Shown here piece by piece: positions 26,538 through 36,324 of a stretch of 45,445 nucleotides of DNA. The stretch is from Nemertoderma westbladi (lineage: Eukaryota; Animalia; Xenacoelomorpha): assembly GCA_032718475.1 (NCBI GenBank), contig JAUCBJ010004674.1:1-45445 (forward strand), in the 5' to 3' direction. Position 1 is the first letter of the stretch. Every line of letters starts with the position of its first letter. The position numbers and the translations under genes were made by a program. Under the pieces are notes generated by a model. The model searched no databases and was not told where the DNA came from. It worked only from the letters and a program-made list of their open reading frames with translations.

Positions 26538-26853
26538 AAGTACGGTATTATATAAAGTGATAAAATACAATACTTAATAATAATAGGCATATGTATAAAG
26601 TAATTATAAAATAATGAAATTTGTCCTGCATCTTTAAACAAATAGTAAAATAATACATAGAAACTAAATAACGCCACCTGATAACTGGATAAAGAAGGAC
26701 TTCAAAAGGACATAAACGAAAGGGACTACATAATTTATAAACACAACAAATATAAAAAACAATTCATGAAAGCAACAGATAATTGAAAAACTAATACCAG
26801 AAATAGATTCTCCATAATTTTTAGCCCAGAATATGTATGTTGATCATTCAAAC

Positions 26854-27028
26854 TGGTTACCAGTAAATTCTACATAGATAGTTACGGGCCCAGATCACCG
26901 GGGTAAACATAATCGAGTTAGGGTTGGGAGTAACATTAACACCTTTTTGATCACCATAAAGATCCGACCTCTCGTCCCCCCCCCCCCCCCCCCCTCCCAA
27001 CCCTAAATCGATTATGGTTACCAGTAAA
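26854..27028. mobile_element. Small MITE-like inverted-repeat element
   Basis: Imperfect 29-bp inverted repeat at 26902-26930 / 26994-27022 (GGTAAACATAATCGAGTTAGGGTTGGGAG) with an internal C19 tract. A 14-bp direct repeat TGGTTACCAGTAAA occurs at 26854 and 27015. Confidence 0.5.
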
Positions 27029-27117
27029 CATAAACAACATGGCCTTCGCTAGCGAAGTCTGGATTTACCGTGTGCCAGTCCTTGCTTCAGTAGTCCTTGC
27101 CTGATACCTATTACCTA

Positions 27118-29007
27118 CTACTACTACTACTACTAGGTCGAGCGAACTCGGACAGTGGAAATGAGGTCCTTCCAGACTTCCCGATTCTCCATAGTTGTCG
27201 CAATTTCGTTTCTCCCAAGTTCAGTATCCTTTTCAAGTTGATCTATATATGTTATGGCCGGTCGTCCACGACTACACTTTCCATGGGTTGGTTGCCAGAA
27301 AAGTAGATCTGGTATGACCTCGTCTTTACTTCGCCAGCAGTGCCCACTGAATCTTAATCTGAATCTTAATCTTCACGGAGGGTGGTTGATACAGGTGGTA
27401 TTGTACCATAAAACTCGGCGTTTGTCATGTGTTGTCTCCAGCTGATGTTTAGGGCTGCCCTTAGTAGTCTTGTGTAGCAACCATCAATACGTTGTTCAAG
27501 AGACTTAGTCAGTGTCCAGGTCTCACCCCTGTATAAAACTGTGGCTCGAAAGAACTTAGTCTTCAGGTGCCTGGAGAGATCTGATTTCCAGATGGTATCC
27601 ATTTTTGATAGAGCTACCCAAGCCTTTGCTTTCCTAACTTCTATGTCCTTTTTGCTACTCTCTGTCCATGATCCAAGGTACTGGAAGTCGTCGACCTTCC
27701 TTAGTTGATTATTGTCAATGGTTGTCAAGTTTCCATCAACACATTAAAGGTCATGGATTCGGTCTTGGTAGCATTTATATGCAATCCAACCTCCTTAGCA
27801 GCCCTCTCCACATTATTTAGTAGAAGCTGTGCATCTGCTAGCGTATTAGAGAGCAGGGCGATGTCATCCGCAAAGTCAGTGTCTGTGACTGTAGTTGCCG
27901 GATATCTACTACTTCTGCGTTCTTGATGTGTGAATCCAAGATCGTCACCCTTTGTGGCTGTCCTCATTGCGTAATCCAGCACAATTACAAATAGTAATGG
28001 TGCTAATGGGTCACCTTGCAGCAGCCAGGATTGAGAAAAACTCAGTTTCACCATCTGGTGAGAGAAGCTGCGCTTCTGTATCACAATATAACAATCCAAT
28101 GCCAGCAACAATTACTTCTGGTATTCCATAAGCTCTTAGGATTTCAAGCATTTTGCCTCTATGAATGGAGTCGAATGCCTTCTTGAAGTCCACAAAAGTC
28201 ATGACTGCGGGGAGATTCTTCGACTTAATTCATTCAATCAGTCTCCGTAGTGCAAGTATCTGAGCTATTGTTGATCTTCTTGGTCGATATCCGTTTTGGC
28301 TCTTACGCAGTAGTTTCTCTATGTGAGGCCTAATCCTATATACAATCATTTTATTGTATATTTTGGCAGCTACCACAAGCAGACAGATCCCACGATAGTT
28401 TGTTGGTATACCGAGGTCTCCTTTCTTGGGGGAGACTTTAGCTGACCTTTAGTCCAAATTGGTGGTGGCTTTTCCCCTTTTAACATCCGGTTGCAAACAT
28501 TCAATAATGGTCTGTTTAGCACTCTTGTTTTCCATACCTCCGCTGGGATTTCATCTAATCCACTCGCTTTATTATTGGACATGCTTTTAATGCTTCTTTG
28601 GAGTTCGGTAGGTGTGAAGTCCCCTGTTTCTATAGGTAGTGTCTCGAGCTGACCTCGATGTTTGGTGGCTGCCCAAGCCAGTTGCTGAAGTGATTTTTCC
28701 ACTTCCCAACACGTTCTTCAGGACTATCGGCTTTGGGGCGCCCCTTTGCACAACTTTTCCGACCAGATACCTCATTTACAGTTTGCCAGGTAAGTCTTGA
28801 TTGTTGCTGTATGTGAGCAGTTGTAATTGCTTCAATTTTATCCTGTATGTACTTTTCCTGGCTGATGTTGTAGGCCAATTTAAGATCGTCCTTAGCTTTC
28901 TCAACCTTGTTAATGTTTTCTGTTGTTGGTTGTTCGGTTTTAACTTTGTAGGCTATCTTAAGATCTTCTCTCTTACAAGTAACCTCAGAGTTTTGCCATG
29001 GCACATA
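27118..29007 (-). mobile_element. RTE-group LINE, family B: 5'-truncated, degenerate RT, (TAG)n tail, TSD
   Basis: Minus-strand motifs VPWQNSEV, KASGLDEIPAE, FVDFKKAFDSIHR, LQGDPLAPLLF, DFADD and FQYLGSW with several frameshifts. The tail reads CTACTA... on + at ~27115-27135. TSD CTG(A/T)TACCTATTACCTA at 27101-27117 and 29008-29024. Confidence 0.93.
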
Positions 29008-29273
29008 CTGTTACCTATTACCTATCTCATACTTATATCCCACTGCCCTGACTGGAAAGTAAGTCTGTAAGTCTTTAATTATTTAATTATTAATTATTAT
29101 TCGTGTCACTGTGGTGATATTACAGTATTGGTATTAGAACATGACTTGAACATTTCTAAATTATACTGCGCAGCAGAATAATTGCAATTTAATGTAAAAC
29201 TAAAAGGACTTATAATTAATTTGAATAAATGCAAAACGGTACCAGCAGAGAAAGAAAAAGCTTTTATGACGAC

Positions 29274-29839
29274 GGCGCCACACAGCAACAGGTAGAGTAG
29301 AGTTTAATATGGCGCCACACAGCAACAGGTAGAGTACGGCGCCACACAGCAACAGGTAGAGTAGAGTTGGCGCCACACAGCAACAGGTAGAGTAGAGTTT
29401 AATATGGCGCCACACAGCAACAGGTAGAGTACGGCGCCACACAGCAACAGGTAGAGTAGAGTTGGCGCCACACAGCAACAGGTAGAGTAGAGTTTAATAT
29501 GGCGCCACACAGCAACAGGTAGAGTACGGCGCCACACAGCAACAGGTAGAGTAGAGTTGGCGCCACACAGCAACAGGTAGAGTAGAGTTGGCGCCACACA
29601 GCAACAGGTAGAGTAGAGTTTAATATGGCGCCACACAGCAACAGGTAGAGTACGGCGCCACACAGCAACAGGTAGAGTAGAGTTGGCGCCACACAGCAAC
29701 AGGTAGAGTAGAGTTTAATATGGCGCCACACAGCAACAGGTAGAGTACGGCGCCACACAGCAACAGGTAGAGTAGAGTTGGCGCCACACAGCAACAGGTA
29801 GAGTAGAGTTGGCGCCACACAGCAACAGGTAGAGTAGAG
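29274..29839. repeat. Modular minisatellite: 18 copies of a 25-bp core with three linkers (27/31/37-bp units)
   Basis: Core GGCGCCACACAGCAACAGGTAGAGT plus linker AC, AGAGTT or AGAGTTTAATAT. Order is 37-27-31(-31) repeated. Confidence 0.95.
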
Positions 29840-31105
29840 ATGCAACGTAATGTTAATTGTGGCATATCGGCCTTTAAGGTGAATGGTAACGTAATAGTAG
29901 ATGACTCTACTAGAGCAACTATTTTATCTAATATTTTTATAGAAAATTTCACCGTAGATAATAGATCTATACCGGAGTTCAACCGTAGAGTTCCAACGTA
30001 TAGTAACAAATGTGCAGTCGATTTTTCACCCAGTACTATTTTTTCAGTTCTTCGTAAGCTGGAGGCTAAATGCAGTAGAACCCCAGATGGGTTCCCAAGT
30101 TATATTTTCGCTAAGCTGCCTCATTGTATGTCGGTGCCCTGCCCTTGTCTATTTTATTTAACGTATTTTCAAACCAGTGCCGTACCTAGAGTTTGGTTAA
30201 TATTATCCCACTTTTCAAGAACGAAGATCACAGAGATCCATATAATTACCGACCGGTCTCTCTTACTTCTATTTGTTGTAAAATTATGGAAACTTGCATT
30301 AAAAATGAAATTTTAGATTATTTACGTGAAAATAATATTATTACTACAGCACGGTTTTCTAAAAGGTAGAAGCACTTGTACTCAACTATTAGAATGCACT
30401 AACGATTGGTTTAAATTATTAGACAATAAGAATTCTATAGATGTTACATATATAGATTTCGCCAAAGCATTTGACTCTGTAGTACACTCGAAGTTAGTAA
30501 GTTAGTTATGGCTCTAACATTGTATGTAAATTATTTGCAGATGATTTAAAGTTGTACAGTGAAAACTGTGAAGGGCATTCATTGTCATTGCCATTGAATC
30601 ATTTGGAAGACCGGGCGACTAAGTGGAAAATTACAATTGCTGCCCATAAATGTTCAGTTCTTCATATTTCAACAAGTAGTAGTACCACCCCGTGTTTAAC
30701 ATATTATTGCCAAGTGATGAGTCATGCAGAGATCTCGGAATTACAATAACTAATAAATTAAAATTTAATTTATATTTTAGAGAGCAATTTAAAAAAGCAT
30801 CTAAAATAGTTAATATGATTTTCCGATGTTTTTATACTTCGAATATAAAGGCTCTACTAACTACTAACCGCTTACAAGGCTTATGTGCGTCCATTACTCC
30901 ATTACTTGAGTGTTGTACACCAGTAACCTCACCATTCAACGTTGGAACTATTGACTTAATTGAACAAGTACAGCGCTTGTTTACCCGGTGTATTTTTTCT
31001 CGCTGTAAACTAGATCGCAAGCATTGCTTAACGTATTTACAGTTACAACCACTTGAAATGCGCCGTCATATATCAGATTTAAAAATGGTTTACTATATTA
31101 TAAAT
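29840..31105 (+). pseudogene. Degenerate CR1-like LINE RT fragment with internal deletion
   Basis: Motifs TPDGFP, YRPVSLTSICCKIME, HGFLKGRST, YIDFAKAFDSVVH, LFADDLKLY, RDLGI, IEQVQR and LEMRR..SDL across frames. The GVPQGS region is deleted. Confidence 0.88.
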
Positions 31106-32164
31106 ATCAAAAAAAACATTTTATTTTATTAATTAACTTCAAATGGTGTATTAAATTTCCACCAAGGTAACAAAACAAACAAAATATAAATAAACAATTA
31201 ATATTCATTATGGTAAGTATAACAATTACAGAGAACTACACCAAGTGGCGTAAATTAAAGGCCACAAAGCTCATTTATAATATATAAAGTTGTATTTAAA
31301 TATGACTAAATTTCGAATCATACAAAACCACTTATCTTAGAATTACTAACAATAATAAATTAACTATTAATCATTTTGCACTGTAAGTAAACAACCCAAA
31401 GTTGACACATCCTGTAAAAGTGTTAAAATATATATAATAGACCAATACTACAGAATTACAGAACTACAGAATCAATTATGGTCCAGAAATCAGCAAGTAA
31501 GTAAGTAACCATTCCTATTAAATTGATAAATAAGACATTAAAATCGGACAAAATAAATTAATATAATATATGAAAAACATTGAAATTAAACAAATTGTGC
31601 AAATAATTGATATTCTGTCATCACAATATAATCCTTAATGCAAATAGATACAATCTAATCAATACAGGCAGTCAAATGTATTTTAATTAATAAATCGGTT
31701 AATTAAATGGCAGCAATAACTAATCACTTTTCCCAAAAAGTTTTCCAAAAATTTCTAATTAATTCATAATTATAAATTCTTTAGTCATAATGAAAAAAAT
31801 ATATTTTTTTTTAACAATCACGAAACCCAAATGTAGCAAACAAACATGGCCTTAATTAATCATTTTTATATATATCATTTGGTAATATATCATACGAGAT
31901 GTAGCAGTGGCCATAGAAACACTAGAATGTGATCGGTCTCATAGCAACAAATATAATCAAGAAAGTTAACACTCATCAGTGCTAATTGAGAAGTAAGTAT
32001 ATATTGTCTGTCATGTTTTCCAAACCATAGTTGAACAGACAATGAATGGCGGCTATATAGTATACTGAATAATTCCTAATTTATAGTTAGTACAAAAATG
32101 TCACAAAAAAAATAACAAAAAAAATATTTTATTAGTATACTTTAAAGTCTACGGCATGCTACAG

Positions 32165-32420
32165 CTGTGTTGATTTAAATTTTGATGATTTCTTTACGTA
32201 TGGAAATGGTGAATGTAGCAATAGACAGATAGAGGTCATAATTTCAAATTATTTAAACGATATGCCAGATTACAAATAAGTAAATTAAGATTTTCAAATC
32301 GCGTTGTTGATATATGGAACCAATTACCTGTAGAAGTAGTTAACTCTCCCAATATAAATGTTTTTAAAAGTCGGGTAAAAGATATTGATATTTTAAAATA
32401 TTGTCTGTTTATTAAAATGA
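32165..32420 (+). pseudogene. 3' end of the same CR1-like LINE
   Basis: Translates RGHNFKLFKR...FSNRVVDIWNQLPVEVVNSPNINVFKSR, the typical CR1 ORF2 C-terminus. Confidence 0.8.
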
Positions 32421-32499
32421 TTGTTAATATTTATAATCCATACATATGGAACAACTGAGATACTAGTTAAAATTAAATTAAAACAATAATGTGACCATA

Positions 32500-33235
32500 T
32501 AATTAGATAAAATGTAATTAGTTCCGTAACTTATGTAAAAAAGGATAATTCCGTAAATGATTAAAATTTGACGTATTAACTGCGCATTTGGGGTCGATCA
32601 GTGGTCATCAGCCAGATTGCTGTTCGTAGGCGGGATCTGCAAAGGGGGATAGCCTGGCATTCCAGGTAATGTTGTTTGGTGGTCGCTGAGCAACCACACA
32701 TCCAGCATTCACAGCAATCAGCTGGCCTCCAACAACTGGGATTGGTGCAGATGCGGTGGTGGTATCCATTTGATATCAGCTGTGCGGCATAGCGTCGGCG
32801 TAAACCGGAAAGTCCAGTAACGTCTATGTCGGACGCGTCTGGATGGTCAATGGCGTGGATGATTGCAGTAGACGAGGCAAACTTGCTGATTCCGCACCAT
32901 AACTTCCAGTAGAACGCTCGCACCCGTTGCACGTGGTCCAGTTGTGTAATGTCGCTACTCGTGAAAATACTGCACCCGTATGTTGTCGATGGGAGGACGA
33001 TTGATTGCCATAAACGTTGTGCTCATTGTTGGGATACTATACGAAGATTAACTTTTGTAGCGATTAATACACAACTTGATATGCCTTTAGAATACATGTG
33101 ACCGTAATGCCCGCTAGCCCCATTTTTGGTTGATAGGATTACTCCTAAGTATTGAAAACAGTTCTGGAATTCCAATACTTGCCCGTTGTATTCCAGAACA
33201 TCAGTGCGTGCCAATCTACCTCCACGGCGAAACTG
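32500..33235 (-). pseudogene. 5'-truncated LINE 3' fragment (RTEX-like or related clade)
   Basis: FRRGG..LEYNGQVLEFQNCFQYLGV, SIVLPSTTYG and a C-terminal CWMCG...HYLEC knuckle, with one internal stop. Clade assignment is uncertain. Confidence 0.7.
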
Positions 33236-33402
33236 AATATTGTCTGTTTATTAGAAATTTAGATTAATATCAGTTCACTTGCCTTATTTTATTTTTACTT
33301 TATTCGGTTATATTTTATATAAGTTTATACTGTATTAATGATTATGATTAGTATTTTTAATGATTGAACTATGTAAATTTTGTTTGTCTATGTCTTTTTA
33401 AC

Positions 33403-33663
33403 GCCCATGTGAAGAATACCAGGATTTCACTTTTCGGTCGACTTTTTATTGGAATTTTTTATTTTTTTTAATTTATCTTTATTAAGTGTTTTATAGCGCT
33501 TATTTCTGTCTTATAACCTGTACATATACTAATTCGTTTATTGTTTTGGTTAGATTCAGCCCTTCTGTAACCTGTGGTTTTGGTAAAAACCTGGTATTCT
33601 TCACATGGGGGTAACAGCAAAGTGAAATATAACGGCAGAAAGTCTGGTATTCTTCACATGGGC
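33403..33663. mobile_element. MITE-like element with 20-bp inverted repeats
   Basis: GCCCATGTGAAGAATACCAG at 33403 and its reverse complement at 33644-33663, plus an extra internal copy at ~33590-33609. Confidence 0.65.
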
Positions 33664-33919
33664 CCTTTTTAATGTATAATTGTCATCAGTTAGTATTTTT
33701 GTAAACCTTGATGATATTCTCCCTTGTTTTTAAATATTTTATTAAATAAAAGGTGAAATATAATAATCTAATAATAACATTATCATGCTCGCTACGCTCT
33801 CAATTTAATCCAATCACATTCTGTATTGTATTTAAAAACAGTTGCTTGGCCTACGATAAATGTTAAAAATTTCTAGCTCGCTACGCTCGCAATTTAATCA
33901 CATCTGTATTTAAAACATG

Positions 33920-35290
33920 TGGCATGGGGTCATCGATTTCGTTTATTTTTGGATATATGGTCGGAAATGGTATAAAATGACACCTGATGAAATATTTCTG
34001 ATGATGGTGTATTGGTTTTCGAGATATTGAAGTTCAAAGTTTGCGATTTATTCGAACATATCCCCAATGAAACCTACAGAAAATCTTTCTGACTAGTGGG
34101 TAGAGTGTCATTTTATGTTTATTGCACACATAAATAGGTCTCATGGACATTAAAACCATGAATGAATACCACCCACTTTTCAGACCAACTTTTCTATGTG
34201 GCCAAAGATTGAACTTTTCGACAAATTTTGTCTTTTTGAGGCTTGAGTTAGAGTGGTCTGATTAGTGGGTAGCCCAAAACATTTAGTAAATAGTTAGATA
34301 TACCAAAGGGGGGTTCTGTGGTACAATTTTCATGTACCACCAGCAAGTCAGACTTCCATACCATCATCTGGAAAATTGAAACTTTCCAAAATTGCTATAC
34401 TTCGGAACATCACTGCAAGCATCTGATAAAAGATGGGTGCTTGAAATGAATCATGAGTAGTAACATGGATAAGGGAAACATGCATGACAAGTTTCGGATC
34501 CCACCCATGCCTTCTTCAGTATATATTATTCAATTTAAAAGTTTAATTTTCAAAATTAATCGTCAGATTAAATACTTTAGAACCAAGGTCTGCTTACGAG
34601 GTTGCTCTCATAACCAGCACACATTAAGTATTTAAATGTTTTAGACACAATAAAGGCTGTTTTTTTCACCACCCACTTGTCAGATATTTTATGTGTAACA
34701 AACAAAGGTAAATAATTTAAACATATTATTGACTAATTTCAATATACCCAATAAGTTATACCTTCTGATACTATTAATTATTATATCATAATAGAAAGAA
34801 AAGCTGTTTGAAATTCATCTATATAATTCCCTAATCCCGGCCAAGGGCAGCAGGGAATGGAACGTAATACAGTATTATATTCATTATGATGAGGCAAGTC
34901 AGTGATAATTAATACAGTATACAGTAGTTATTATGGTAGAAAAGATAATACATCAATTATTGAGTATAGCAGTATTGTAGATCATGCAATTCCTTTATGA
35001 ACAGTGATCACAGACAAATTCTGCATCGTAATCGAAATTAACTGGCAGGCAGCTGGTGCATGACCAATATTTATCGCACACATCGCACACCAACCCAAAT
35101 CTTCTGATTTTTTTTTTGTATCACTGGCCCATTTTTTTTTTACACTTGTAGCAGATATTCTCATCCTCATCTTTCTGATCAGTATGAACATCAACACAAG
35201 GGACAACAGCAACCTTGAGTTGAACTGCCTTTACTTTCTTCGTTGTAGAAGATCATAAAGTACGCCATTCCAGCTTCCCATCAGCAGTAA
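33920..35290 (-). mobile_element. DNA-transposon relic with a frameshifted PHD-finger-like transposase C-terminus (pogo-like?)
   Basis: Joining frames at ~34997-35190 gives DEDENICYKCKKKW...WVGCDVCDKYWSCTSC...FVCDHCS*. The adjacent non-coding region resembles a subterminal segment. Boundaries are approximate. Confidence 0.45.
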
Positions 35291-35399
35291 TATCATATCG
35301 TTAAAGATATAGTAAAGATATCATATAGTTAAAGATTAGTCATATGTCATATGTATATTTCTGTATTTAACCATACTGCCATATGTAATTGTTCATGAG

Positions 35400-35623
35400 G
35401 GGTGTAAACGCTACGCCGACAACCGACTACCGACAACAACGCCGACAACCATTATTAAGGCTAATTAATGGTATTTATTAATTGAGGGAAAGGAACAGGT
35501 TACAGTGGAAGGTTATTCTATCCAAAACAATAAACGAGAGTCACGAACTCAGGTTACATTTTCATATTTACTGTTGTCGGCAGTGGTTGTCCGCTGTCGG
35601 TTGTCGGCGTAGCGTTTACACCC
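35400..35623. mobile_element. Mutator-like (MULE) MITE
   Basis: 28-bp TIR GGGTGTAAACGCTACGCCGACAACCGAC with a perfect 9-bp TSD GTTCATGAG at 35391-35399 and 35624-35632. Confidence 0.9.
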
Positions 35624-36234
35624 GTTCATGAGCAAGCTTGATGACCGTTGTATATACTGCCGTCCTATCTTGTTGTTAGATCAGGTGTGAAGGGGGCGGT
35701 TTAATTAAAAGATTCGGAAGCATACTATGTAGATTTTAAGGCAATATAATGTACTCTACCTAACATTTTCTTACCTAGTGGAATTGGGATGCTATCAAAA
35801 GGCTAAACTACTGCTCCTGACAATAGAAAAGTAATTATTATATATAATTATTTAGAAATAAGTGATTGCCTATATATATATACTACTGGTATTTGGTCCG
35901 GCCTAATGCTTTTCAATGTAAAATTTGTACAGGTGCCAGATACAGTGACCATTGTACGTGCTGCCCTACAGCCAGACAGCAGTAGGCTCACCGTATTACA
36001 TACTGTACCGCACCGGTATTAGCAGTCAGCCGTGTATAGCTGTATAGGCCGTAGTCATAGTCATAGTCAGATAGTGTAGGCCTAGTAGGAATTCTAGTTC
36101 TGTAGTTTTACTGTTTTAGTTTCTAGCAGTCTACCGGTAGAGCTTTTTCTCTGTTTCTAGTTTCAACCTTTTTTAACTGTTTGTTTACGTTTGTTAAGTC
36201 CTGCTCACTCAGTCGAAAATACCAAGCTGCCAAG

Positions 36235-36251
36235 ATGCCGGAATTAACAAG
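36235..36251 (+). CDS. Putative first coding exon of an unidentified host gene (MPELT-S)
   Basis: GCCAAG-ATG CCG GAA TTA ACA AG followed by the consensus donor GTAAGT. Phase 2 matches the acceptor at 40221. Inr-like TCAGTC at 36209. Confidence 0.55.
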
Positions 36252-36324
36252 GTAAGTTGGTTCTACAGTCTACAGTTCTAGGACACCCCCCCCCCCCCCC
36301 AGACACTTACCAGTTAAAATACCA

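Noticed and set aside
23660-26677. Three very long minus-strand ORFs (887-1005 aa)
   Set aside because: Artefact of a 40-bp unit that has no stop codon on the minus strand; the translation is purely periodic Y/L/I-rich sequence.
29274-29839. CRISPR-like repeat-spacer appearance
   Set aside because: Linkers are only 2-12 bp and are themselves repeated. There are no cas genes and the context is eukaryotic.
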